From Cyanidioschyzon merolae (lineage: Eukaryota), in assembly GCA_000091205.1 (NCBI GenBank), contig AP006494.2: a DNA stretch of 64,000 nt; one strand, given 5' to 3'. Below, in pieces: positions 9,701-20,146 of this stretch (position 1 is the stretch's first letter; the number at the start of each line of letters is the position of its first letter). The translations under genes were made by a program, and so were the position numbers. The notes under the pieces were generated by a model, which saw nothing but the letters and a program-made list of their open reading frames with translations, ran no database searches and was not told the DNA's origin.

Positions 9701-11698
9701 ATGCGGTGGTTGTCGTCAGGTTGGCAGCGGCTAGTCCATAGCGCATTCTCGAGGAGGTTCGGAAGTGTTTCGGGTAAAACCGGTAAAGTTGCCGCTTCTC
9801 GCTTGCCGGTGCTGGCTGCAACCGTAACCACGCTGAGCCTGTCCTACTACTGGGTGCAGCGGGAACGTCTCGTGAGTCGTCAGTGGTTCCTTACAAACCT
9901 CGTTGATGTTCCAAGTGCAAAAATTGGGTACCCCGTGCGAGCTAGTTGGAGTGAGGGTCCCGACACAAACGCAGCCGCAGTGCACTCTTGGCGTCTGCTC
10001 GAAGAAAAACTGCGACGTGAGGAGCAGCGACTTCATGGACCTTCTCCAACGTTTCAGATATACACTGCTGCTGATGGTAAGAGGAGCGTCACGTTCACAT
10101 TGCGCCTTGACGACCCGAAACCGCAACAACCGCATGTTCGCCGTGCTGCTCCCGGTGATGACTTGCTTGCGGCGTTTGCTACCGTGCTAGAAGCTCTACA
10201 GGAACTCCAAAAGTCAACGACAGACAAACAGCCAGGTAAGGATGAGACACCTGCCTATGCGGTCTCTGTGAGTGCTCAGAGCTCTGCAACGTCGACGACC
10301 GTAACCGCACGATGTCCAGAGGGTCAGATGCTGCATGTCTTTCTGCCGCACGTGGGCAGCTTTGCCGCAGAGCTTTGCTACTCGAAACCAGCGGATCAGG
10401 GCGCACTCAGTGATCAGGAGATTACCGCACTGGTCGAGGCGTATCGCATCGTCGCACGAGGACTCAGCAGTGCTGGACTCGAGTTCGCTACCGGTAATGG
10501 AGACAGGGCATCATCGGCAGCCTCTGGAGGCGCGCCTCCATCAAAACGACCCTGGAGACGCTCACGGGATGACGTTAGTGTGCGGATTGTACAGGAAAAA
10601 TTGGAAGCGATGGGCGTGGATGTTTACTTACCGAGCGCATTCCGGCCCAGAGAAGGTGCCGATGAGGAGCCGCCCGCCGCAATCGACTGGACGACACTTG
10701 CCGGCTACGATGACATCAAACAGCACATCGAGGCATCGCTGGTGCTCCCGCTGCGACACCACGAGGTCTATGACGCAGTCGCCAAGGGTACGCGGCGGAT
10801 ATTCAGCCCGAATCGGCCTCGTGCAGTGCTTTTTGCTGGGCCTCCGGGCTGTGGGAAGACCTCCACAGCGCGAATCATTGCGGAGCAAGCAGGAGTCCCT
10901 TTTATCCATGTGACCCTCGAAGCCGTTGTATCGCGCTATTACGGTGCCTCGGAGAAGCAGCTTTCAAGCATTTTCGACCTGGCCCTCGAGCTCGGTGGTG
11001 GCGCCATCCTTTTCATAGACGAAGTCGACGCTCTGGGTACTTCTCGAGATCGCAGCGACATGCACGAAGCGACGCGTCGAACGCTGTCCGTCCTCTTGCG
11101 ACGACTAGACGGTCTGCATCAAGATACTGGGAAGCGTTTGCGCATGCGCAGTTCTTTGTATGATGAGCAGCCGTTCGGTCCGCCGACGTCGTTGGCTCCA
11201 CCGCCACTGGGCTCAACCGAGTACGCAGCCACAGATGCTGACGGCTGGTTTGTCGTTGTCGCAGCCACAAATCGTATGCAGGATCTTGACCCTGCGCTCT
11301 TGAGCCGATTCGATGTGGTGCTGGAGTTCCCTCTTCCTGACTTTGAGACCCGCCTGTCCATCTATGAAATGTACGCCAAGCAGCTGAAACCTGATGATGT
11401 TCGAAAATTAGCGGCCGCCACGGAGGGCTTTTCGCCGCGCGCGATCCACGACAGTTGTTTGGCTGCAGAGCGCCTTTGGGCAGCGGGGATTATTCGCGGC
11501 GAACATGCTCGCAACAGCCTTCCCGACGTTAACGCGTACCTGGCAGCACTAGAACTCCGCAGCGAGCGTTCGTATCCAGGAGCGAGCTCTGGTCGCGCAC
11601 CTCGCCCAGGACTCTGTGATGGTCCAAGTTCTGATGCGGCACAGTACATTCATATGCCGAACTGTCGGTACACTCCACAGGCAGTGGATCAGGTCTGA
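9701..11698 (+). CDS. AAA+ ATPase of the ATAD1/Msp1 (outer-membrane extractase) type with a long N-terminal extension
   Basis: Walker A 'LFAGPPGCGKTSTARIIAEQAGVPFIHV', Walker B 'ILFIDEVDALGTSRDRSDMHEATRRTLSVLLRRLDGL' and sensor region 'VVAATNRMQDLDPALLSRFDVVLEF' follow the ATAD1 pattern '[36 protein letters not shown]'. The track start at 9650 is TTG; the first in-frame ATG is 9701. Confidence 0.75.
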   Translation: MRWLSSGWQRLVHSAFSRRFGSVSGKTGKVAASRLPVLAATVTTLSLSYYWVQRERLVSRQWFLTNLVDVPSAKIGYPVRASWSEGPDTNAAAVHSWRLLEEKLRREEQRLHGPSPTFQIYTAADGKRSVTFTLRLDDPKPQQPHVRRAAPGDDLLAAFATVLEALQELQKSTTDKQPGKDETPAYAVSVSAQSSATSTTVTARCPEGQMLHVFLPHVGSFAAELCYSKPADQGALSDQEITALVEAYRIVARGLSSAGLEFATGNGDRASSAASGGAPPSKRPWRRSRDDVSVRIVQEKLEAMGVDVYLPSAFRPREGADEEPPAAIDWTTLAGYDDIKQHIEASLVLPLRHHEVYDAVAKGTRRIFSPNRPRAVLFAGPPGCGKTSTARIIAEQAGVPFIHVTLEAVVSRYYGASEKQLSSIFDLALELGGGAILFIDEVDALGTSRDRSDMHEATRRTLSVLLRRLDGLHQDTGKRLRMRSSLYDEQPFGPPTSLAPPPLGSTEYAATDADGWFVVVAATNRMQDLDPALLSRFDVVLEFPLPDFETRLSIYEMYAKQLKPDDVRKLAAATEGFSPRAIHDSCLAAERLWAAGIIRGEHARNSLPDVNAYLAALELRSERSYPGASSGRAPRPGLCDGPSSDAAQYIHMPNCRYTPQAVDQV

Positions 11699-11747
11699 GA
11701 CGTTTTCGGTCCGGCAGTACGCATCGCGCCTGAGCACTTGTCGAGCT

Positions 11748-11780
11748 GGTGGTGGTGGTCGTCGTCGTCGTCGTCGTGGT
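11748..11780. repeat. (GGT)n(GTC)n trinucleotide microsatellite in the 3' flank of the AAA ATPase gene
   Basis: ggtggtggtggtcgtcgtcgtcgtcgtcgtggtg read directly in the sequence. Confidence 0.9.
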
Positions 11781-11860
11781 GTATCCCGTCGGCTGCGGAT
11801 CAGTTCTGGGCATTCTCGCGCATCGACTCATGTCGGATTCATATAGAACGGATCCATTAA

Positions 11861-12928
11861 CTCTGTCGCACACTCTAGCGTTTGGGCCTCGTTCCCTGGT
11901 CATGAATACCAGCACTTGCGGGTATTTTATGCAACTGCTCCCGCTTTCCTATCCCTATCTCTGACTTTAAATACGCTGGTGTCTCCTTTCCTTACAGCTT
12001 CGTTGTACGAAGACGAAGGATGTTGATCGTGAGATTGGAGCCCCAACTTCGCAGCCCCGATCTGTTGTGCAACTATGCCATGCACACCCGGGAGTTGCGA
12101 TCTACGGTTCGCATGCCACTTGCATCTCCCTAGTATACGGAAACAGTGCGCCCTTCACGGCTGCGAAACTTGAATATGGTCAGGGGTATCCCATGGTTCC
12201 CCGCTGGCCCTCCGAGCACCACTACATGGCGCGTGAACGCCCGTTTCATCGCTCGGTACATGCCCTTGACGGATGTAGGAGGATTGTATGGAAGCGTCGC
12301 TTAGCGTCTGCACCCGGTGGCCGTTCCAAGCGATCACGGGCTGCCTCTGGGTGATACGTGCTCCACTTACGTCCTCGGTGCACTGCATATGCAAACACGT
12401 GTAGTCGCATTTTTATGACGTGACTTGTGGAACGCATCGTTGTCCATCATGCAACAGGTATCGGGAGGAGAATCCAGGTTCGGGATCCAGTCCAGCACTA
12501 CCGATTCGTCTGGACTCCACTCCTGCAATGCAGAGTCAGACGCTGCACCGGCGGCGGTCGCTGTGATGACTCACGTCCGAGTCCGAGGCCACATCGACGC
12601 AAAATGAGGACTTGAGAGCGTCCGGGAGCATCGCCGCTGCGTCGAGTCATGCTGCCGCCACACGTCATTTTGTCGATGCGCGCCACGAGAAAACGACGCG
12701 TGTTTCCAAAGCAAGCGATTGGTTGGAGTGAAAGGTTCAATAAATTAGCTGAATGAGGTTGTGAGCAATTCGTCAACCGCCAATGTCGAGAATTTTTTGT
12801 CGTTCATCCAACGGAGCGAATCGCAGCGTCCTCGAGTTGCCCCGGAATACAATGATCAAAATCGTGGGGTGAACGTGATTCGAGCATGCCACAAGTAAGG
12901 GGAGAAGTCGAGTGGAGGCTCTTGTATA
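11861..12928 (+). repeat. Dispersed ~1.07-kb repeat, copy A; direct repeat of copy B (29525-30590) at about 99% identity
   Basis: Base-by-base comparison of 11861-12928 with 29525-30590 gives about 12 mismatches over ~1045 bp. The embedded 95-aa ORFs 12067..12354 and 29731..30018 differ at 2 residues. Both copies begin 'ctctgtcgcacactctagcg'. Confidence 0.9.
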
Positions 12929-13346
12929 AAAATTCTATTGTGATCTCCGTTATCTTACGAACTCTTACCCGAGAGGCGTCGCGAATCATCTCAGTTCCTG
13001 TCACCAAACGCGTCCCAGCAACACGGAGTCGGACACGACACTTCAAATCGACGACAGAGCGTCCTAAAACTCGTATAAATCAGTAAACACCAACTGGTCG
13101 CACATCGGATCATGAGAATGCACATGTAAGAGTGAGCGAAAAGAACGAAGTGCAGAAACAGAGCGCCCAGTACAATGGACAATTTTCATTTGAAATAGCT
13201 CGTCGATGAAACAAAAGTTCATGTAAGATAAATGAATTCCGGCAGGGAGATGCTTCTCAGCCTTTTCGGTAGGCCCGCTGCTATTGGTTTGCGCTTCTCC
13301 TGGTAATCATCGAGCCTGAGAGGCTGCCCTACGATGTTGGCTCGCG

Positions 13347-15412
13347 TCAGCTCTGCGGGCTCGTCTCCAGCACCGCACACCGTCTGATATTGAAGGCCGC
13401 GTCAAAGTCCCGGTTCACAAACTCAACGCGTTTCTTTCTGTTGGTGTAACACACCAATTCAATGAGTCCTCGAACTCGTGCCCTCATTGCCATTTGTTCT
13501 CCTGTCAGATCTCTGTACTCTTGTAAATCCTCCGGGCTCCGCTGGCACTTTTCCATCTAGACCTCCTGATGTGTACACCCCAGCTCATGGTGCATATAGA
13601 ACGTTCGGAAATTCATCAATGGGTATTGTGACAAAACCGTGTGCGCACTTCTTATACGTTCTTGTCGTTGGAGCTGGTGTACACCCTTTTTTCGACATCC
13701 AGCGCCCTACTCCGTATGCTACTTCGAGCCTTTGATCCTTGTCCGCCTTGAGGGCGCTAAACTCACTGAAAAATTTCGTGAATGCACCCTCTTTCCTCCG
13801 TACAGTTTCATGCGCAGACGAGTCCACCGGGGCTTTGCGTACTCTTGCCACAACTCCTCGTCATGAGCAGCTTGAGTTTCTATGAATTCTAGAAAAGCTT
13901 CAAAGTCCGCTCCTCTGCTCGCCACCTGGCTGATCACTTCCAGGTGCTCCTTCACTGCTGAACTCAACGTCTCACTTTCCATCGTCGCATTCATTACTCC
14001 CTAGTCTCTATCGTATCTCGCTCTTTCGGACTTTAAGGAAACGTACGTCTTTTGGGGTAAGCTGCCGTCGATACGATATTCCCCATGCTTGGATGCTGCG
14101 ATGGTCATGATAGTCGTGTTCCCGGGGTACGGGCCGATTACGACAAAGGCGTTCTTGTCTATCTCCTGCGTCACAGGACCCGCCTGCTTTTTTTCATCGT
14201 GCTTTGCCGAGGGCGATATCGAAAACACAACAGGACGATCCGCCTTCAACAGCCGATCGTGTACACATATGGCTGTTCCATCGGTTTCGATCATCCCAGT
14301 AAATACCTTTTTCTTGCTCGTATTGAGACGTTTGAAATCGAAGATATTCTTCCAGTCCGTCTCTCGGTTTCCGCCGGTAACTCTGTTTTCCTTACATCGA
14401 ACTCCGGACAGATCTCCTTCATGATGCTGTAAATGGCGCTGGAGTCGATGGTCACAAAATGTGACTTGATGTTGCATAACGGAACGACAGTGAAGCGCTT
14501 CTCCATTAGGAAAGATATCCGTTCCAATGAACCTGCTTTTTTCTCAAACCCAGCTGCATCCCCGCCTTGCGTTCAAGTTCTCGCTCCGAAGAAAAAAGAA
14601 ATAGCACAGGATGAGGGGATAGCATCTTTTTCCATCTTTCTTCATATCTGATGCCTTTTCTGCAGGGTTGACACGCCCCAAGATTGCACCGTGCTCTTTC
14701 ATAGCCGCACGGATTACAGAAGCTTCATTCTTGCTTCTGCGTGATATCCTCTTGTCAACTAATTCGATCTCCTATTCATGCTGGCAATCGTTCGTGATGC
14801 CATCGATGATGGCCCGTATCCATTTGCAAGAGAGGCCCGGGTAGCGTGTCAAGACGCAGCGTATCATGAAGCGTTTGAGATTCACAATCATATGGCTATT
14901 CCGGTTCGTGAGGTCCTTCATCGCCCCGTATTCGTAAATAGGCGAGTCAGCTTTGTATCGAGTGTCGTTGACGCGGTATTCGGCGTAATTTTCGCGCAGG
15001 GCATGCACTCGCTCATCTCTCCACAACAGGTCCCTTGTACCAAGCATCAGGTGGCTGAGAAAGCTCTTGTTGAAAAATTGTTTCGGATTCTCGACTGTTT
15101 TTATGTCCGTTACATCCTCTTCCAGCTCCTTCACCAAATACATTGATCCAGTAGACGCTTTCCAAGTTCAAATCGAGTAAGACGTCACATGTTTATGATC
15201 CACTCTTGCATCTTTTGCTTATAGGGATCCTTGATGTAACCTCCACGAAAAGCTTTGACCACCACCTCGTCGTATTGTCGTCTGCCGTCTAGCTTTCGAA
15301 GGCCGGCCTCCTGCCTCCGATCCTTCGTCTTCTCCTGTTCCGCTTTCCTCGGCACTGTTTTTTCGTCTCCGGCAACTGGTGACATCAGACTACCTGGATC
15401 CTCAGCTTCCAT
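13347..15412 (-). pseudogene. TnpB/Fanzor-like RuvC nuclease remnant (element 3), fragmented across frames
   Basis: ORF 13347..13556 ends in the RuvC-III signature 'LIELVCYTNRKKRVEFVNRDFDAAFNIRR' (D at 13409-13407). ORFs 13585..13851, 13719..13994, 14001..14477, 14291..14527, 14772..15143 and 15185..15412 are colinear but frame-shifted ORF pieces on the same strand, with a possible degenerate RuvC-I '[10 protein letters not shown]'. The segment is AT-richer than the flanking genes. Confidence 0.5.
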
Positions 15413-16556
15413 GTCCTTAACTTTCCTTTAATTATTTCTGAAAACGAACGCTCTTTGAATGCTTCTGCTATAAATCGCGAAAATCACTTTGATGCCCTAA
15501 TCTGAGAATGGAACACAACTGCATTGAAAAACGATACTTTGCTATGGGTGTAACGCAAATATATGTTGTACGCCAGAGCAACATACTGATAATATGGATC
15601 GGGTTTCTCTTCAACGGGGAAATGCGCTTCGTCTCTCATGCCGGCCAGGTATGAAGGTGCGAGTATATACCGCGCTTTATCGAAAAAAGAACAGAAACTG
15701 ACTACCAACTAGAAACTCGATAAAAACTTCGTTCCAGCACTGAGATACCCATTATAATTGGGAGCATTTTCTGTATTTTCGAAAGTCTTCCTTCTAGACG
15801 AGGGTCCCGCGAGTTGGACGATTCTGCCGGGCTAGTGCATCATGATCCCCAGTGGCGGATGCTGTAGTTAGACCTGGGCAGCTCATCCGAAACGCAATTC
15901 ATTCTGGGGCTATGAGCGGTTATGCCGTGTCTGGGCATCGTTCAGGTCTCAGTGGTCTCCTATCACATGGCTTTGCACCGCTGCATAGAGTACGTCTATT
16001 TGCACAAATTGGAGGCTCTCATCTTGATGATGGATCACGATTCTGTGACTAATGAACCACATCTTGAGCCGAGGCCTTCAGTGGTACAGCAATGCCGATC
16101 TGTATCCGTGCAGCACCGCAGCACCGGAATAAGCGCTATAGCGGGTGCAGGAAAGCGGGTATTCGGTGCACGATAGATCATACAAAACAACCAGTATATC
16201 CGAGAGGAACTACGGATGATAGAACCTCGAGGTGGGACGCAGCTTTATGGACGCTCCCGAATGCCAGTATCCATCCCGCACGCTGGGCTCCGTAGTCTAC
16301 GGAAACGAATCGCCAAACCAAAAATTCAGCAAAAAATCCTCAGGACAAGTCAGTACAAATTTATCAATAAAGATACTAAATGGAACCTGCCGCTGGATCG
16401 CTCCTGTCTGAAGCGCTGACGAAGCACTTGATTCGCAGCGTTGCGTAGCCTCCCCGCTGAGACGCAGTGCAGCGAAGCAGGTCCGTGGCTCCTACCTACC
16501 CGAAATAGGGTTCCTGTTCCGGTTAGGAAAGAGTGAAGGTTGGGTAAGCAGAATTC

Positions 16557-18482
16557 ATGAACGTTTTCGAGGAGGAAATTGCGAGAGCGGTGGCTCTTAC
16601 CGAACGGGCAGTGCTGACGCGGGAGCCGCGCCTCATCGCCCGTGTCCTGCGCTCGCTGGGGAAGCTAAGACGGTGCTGGAACGGAAGACTCTTTGAGCAT
16701 CGTACCAAGAAACTTGAGGCCCTTGTTGCATCTGAAATCATTGCGGTTGATCTCTTTCCAGAGGACGCCGAGGCGCTGAAAGAGGAGCAAAGAAAGAAGC
16801 AGCGGGCACGTCAAACGTCCAGTACCGGCGCTGAGCAGACCGGCACCGACTCGACGAAGACGGGTCAGAAAACAGGAACGCCCGACGAAGCATCAGAGAC
16901 ACCAGTCGAAGAGACTAACGGTAAATCCGAACGAGAGCTTGGCGCTGTTCAGCGTTTCGAGTACGCGGTGAAGGACCCGGTGCTCGCTGCACAGCACGCG
17001 CATGCCGCACTTCGCCGGCTACTGGAGCGGTTGGAGCAAGGCGACCCGAGCGCACACAACGCAGTCTTGCTCGAAGATGTAGATGCGGCACTAGAACCGC
17101 TCTTGTCACGTAACCAACGCGCCGCCGCTGCGGCGAAGGGCCTTGGCGTGGTGCAGCCTTTGGCTGCTACGCGGTCCGAGGCTAGTATGATCTTGTCGAA
17201 CGGGGTTTCGACGGATTCGCAGCCAAACGAAACAGCTGCTGCTGGACTAACGAAGCAAAATGCAAACGCTCGCCAAATGTCTGGAGTATCGTGGCATGCG
17301 CTTCAACCGGAGAGCCTCGTGCTTTTGCATCTGCTTGTCGTCTACTACCTGCTCGACGCACATGGTGACCATAAGCTGCAGCTCCGTGCCGTGGACTGCG
17401 CGGATCGCCTGATTTCGCTCTTGGATCGAAGTCCTCGGCGACATACCATGGACGAAATCGCAGCACGCTGCTACTATGCTTTTACGCTGGCCTACGAATG
17501 CGTTGGACGTCTTTCGGAATGCCAACCGCGCTTGCTGAAGGCTTATCGCACTGCTTGCGTTCGTCGCGATCACGCTGGTCAAGCCGTGCTCTTGAATCAG
17601 CTGCTTCGCTCCTATGTTCTGGAACGGCGCTACGCGCAAGCGGATCAATTGTACAATCGCGCTCCATTTCCCGACATTCGGAGCAACAGTCAGCTGGCTC
17701 GCTATTTCTACTACATCGGACGAGTGAAAGCTATACAACTGGATTACACAGAGGCATTTCGTTGCTTGAATAACGCGCTGCGCAAAGCGCCTCAGCACAT
17801 GGCGACTGCGTTCCGGATAACGATTCTGCGATTGCTGGTACTGGTCCAGTTGCTCATGGGCGAAATTCCAGAGCTCCAAGTATTTCTTGGAGAGCGCTAC
17901 GCTCCTGATGCTGCTGTATTTCGGCGAGCCATGTACCCTTACTTGCAGATTGCAAACGCAGTACGTCGCGGTGATCTCCAACGTTTTCAGCAAGTACTTG
18001 AGGAGAATGCCACCTGCTATGAACAGGACGGCAATGGCTATCTCGTTCGGCGACTTCGCCACAATGTCATCAAGACTGGACTTGCTCGCATCGTGGCTGC
18101 CTACGCCCGCATTCCTCTGAAGGAAGTTCAGGAGATTCTGGGCCTGGATGATAGCTCCAGCACCGAGAATGTGGTGGCGAAGGCCATTCGTGATCGGGTC
18201 ATTCGGGCAAATATTGATCGGGATCAACAGTGTCTCGTGTCGGCGAGCCAAACTGACCAGTACCAAGGTCGCGAGCCGGCACGTATGTTCCATGAACGGA
18301 TTCAGTTTTGTATGGACCTCCATGAAGAGGTACTTCGCGCGATGCGCTTCCCAGACGACAAAAGAAACGAAGCCAACCTCGAGATCTTGCGCGAGATGCA
18401 ACGCGATGAGGCCAAGATCGAGCAGGCGCTCGCTGAAGGAGCAGAACCCGGCGACGAGGACGATACCGATGATATCCTCTAA
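16557..18482 (+). CDS. RPN3: 26S proteasome regulatory (lid) subunit Rpn3/PSMD3, PCI domain protein
   Basis: The full-length 641-aa ORF carries the PCI-domain block 'LLRSYVLERRYAQADQLYNRAPFPD...ARYFYYIGRVKAIQLDYTEAFRCLNNALRKAPQ...GYLVRRLRHNVIKTGL...' typical of Rpn3. ATG verified at 16557. Confidence 0.9.
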   Translation: MNVFEEEIARAVALTERAVLTREPRLIARVLRSLGKLRRCWNGRLFEHRTKKLEALVASEIIAVDLFPEDAEALKEEQRKKQRARQTSSTGAEQTGTDSTKTGQKTGTPDEASETPVEETNGKSERELGAVQRFEYAVKDPVLAAQHAHAALRRLLERLEQGDPSAHNAVLLEDVDAALEPLLSRNQRAAAAAKGLGVVQPLAATRSEASMILSNGVSTDSQPNETAAAGLTKQNANARQMSGVSWHALQPESLVLLHLLVVYYLLDAHGDHKLQLRAVDCADRLISLLDRSPRRHTMDEIAARCYYAFTLAYECVGRLSECQPRLLKAYRTACVRRDHAGQAVLLNQLLRSYVLERRYAQADQLYNRAPFPDIRSNSQLARYFYYIGRVKAIQLDYTEAFRCLNNALRKAPQHMATAFRITILRLLVLVQLLMGEIPELQVFLGERYAPDAAVFRRAMYPYLQIANAVRRGDLQRFQQVLEENATCYEQDGNGYLVRRLRHNVIKTGLARIVAAYARIPLKEVQEILGLDDSSSTENVVAKAIRDRVIRANIDRDQQCLVSASQTDQYQGREPARMFHERIQFCMDLHEEVLRAMRFPDDKRNEANLEILREMQRDEAKIEQALAEGAEPGDEDDTDDIL

Positions 18483-19537
18483 TAGTGCTCAGCTATGACG
18501 TATAAATGATTTCGCATGGTATTCGAGAAGCACACCAGAGGGTCCTGCATCCATGCCGTGCGAAATGCATGGTGACTTCGGCGTTGACCGCACGCCTATA
18601 TTCAGAGCAATGCGGTCTGGAGCACAGCTGCAGTCGCGCGTTTTTGTTGGCTTGGTTTTTTGACGGGCTTTCGGAAGAGAAATCTATCTTTTAGAGTGGA
18701 GAAAACTGGCGGAAAGCTTTTAGGGTGTCATTGCTAGCTGGCGAGAAATGGCCTGACTTGCTCAAGCCAGACATTTTACGGTCAGCAACTGGATGAACCA
18801 ATGTGCTCTTGGTGCCTATTCTGAACGTTGCGTGCCGAAAACGGGGCAAACGGAACCCAGTAAACACATGGTTATCTGCTGATCAATCCATTCCATTGCA
18901 TACGTAATCTGGGAAACACCACAACAGAACGCATAGTTTGTGATACTTCCGTGCCGTTGGTCCCAAACGATGATGAAATGGTGTGGACGGACAAGAAAGA
19001 AAGTACTTTTCTCTTGATGATCGACGAGATCTGAACAACATATGACCGATTTCGTAGTAAGAACGGAACCGCGTACCACAGGAGGCACTAGTCTTTGTCT
19101 TACGTGGCGAGAGTTTATCCGGGAAAAGTGGTAGACCTGCATATGTGTACTGAACTAAAGACAAATCCGATGTTCGCAAAGAAGAGGCAAACGAGCATTC
19201 CGAAACCATCAGCACCAGTGGCGATGCTATCCTATGGTCGTCAACAAGTCGCCAAAAGGATACGATCGTTCTATAGCGCATGCTTCATCGACGCTTTGTG
19301 CGACATTATCTTCGCATACTCCGCTAGTCTGCTCTCAGAGTGCGTATCATTCCGCAACCCAGAAGTATTTGAGGACTATGCTGGTTAGATTGGTGCTCAG
19401 CTGATCTCTGTGCCAGGCTATTCGCGATGGAGCACACCGGTCGAAGGCGAGTCCTCCTATGCCGAACGTCCTTTCTATGCTGAAGAATCAATAGACGGGT
19501 ATTTCGCATTTTATCGAAAGCGAAAGCTACGGGACGC

Positions 19538-20146
19538 TAGGAATGATCGAGCAGCTTCGTACTCGAGGGAGGCTCATCTGGCATTCCTCGCCTCGACGTA
19601 GCTCGCTCAGCAAATATCCGCAGGAGCTCTGGACGCAGCTCTGCAAGCTGTCCAGATTCTTACGGAATTTATCCATCAAACTTTCGTGCTTGAACACAAC
19701 GCATGTTCGAGACAGAAGATGCAGCACGGCCTGACCGTTGGACCAGAGATTTGCACATGCGCTTCGCGGAAAATTCTCGACGCTCCGCAGTGCGACGTTG
19801 CCGGTCGAAGCGTCTCCAGCACAGGTGTCAAAAAGGTTCAAACACGCCTGAAAATCCTAAACTGTATATTGTTCAATGTCGAGGGCGTCGTGAATTTCGC
19901 CTCGTGGGCGTTGCACCCGCAGCACACTGACCCAGACATATGGGCTCTGGAGGAAGGAACTCTTGGCGTGACAACGGGCGCGAATGACGAGCTGTTGCCA
20001 AAAGAGATCAAAGAGGTAGCGAGCATCGACGAGATGTTGCAGCCAGAGCGAGCGTCGCTTCAGATCATCGGATCTTATCGTGTTGCTCTTGATCTCGGAA
20101 CGATGGGCGTCGTATGCAAAGGACGCTTCAAACATGAGGTCTGCCT
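19538..20146 (+). repeat. ~610-bp segment about 97% identical to 40446-41052 (inverted), shared by Fanzor-like copies 1 and 2
   Basis: The DNA and the embedded ORFs are near-identical: 19686..20180 '+' against 40202..40894 '-' (MLEHNACSRQKMQHGLTVGPEIC...IIGSYRVALDLGTMGVVCKGRFKHEVCL) and 19543..19734 against the end of 40846..41325. Both flanks diverge sharply beyond these coordinates. Confidence 0.85.

Noticed and set aside
12470-12500. The tRNA-like T-arm sequence 'ccaggttcgggatccag' inside the 1-kb repeat (also at 30134-30164).
   Set aside because: No cloverleaf can be built, and no matching acceptor or anticodon stems flank it. It is probably a chance resemblance to GGTTCGAATCC.
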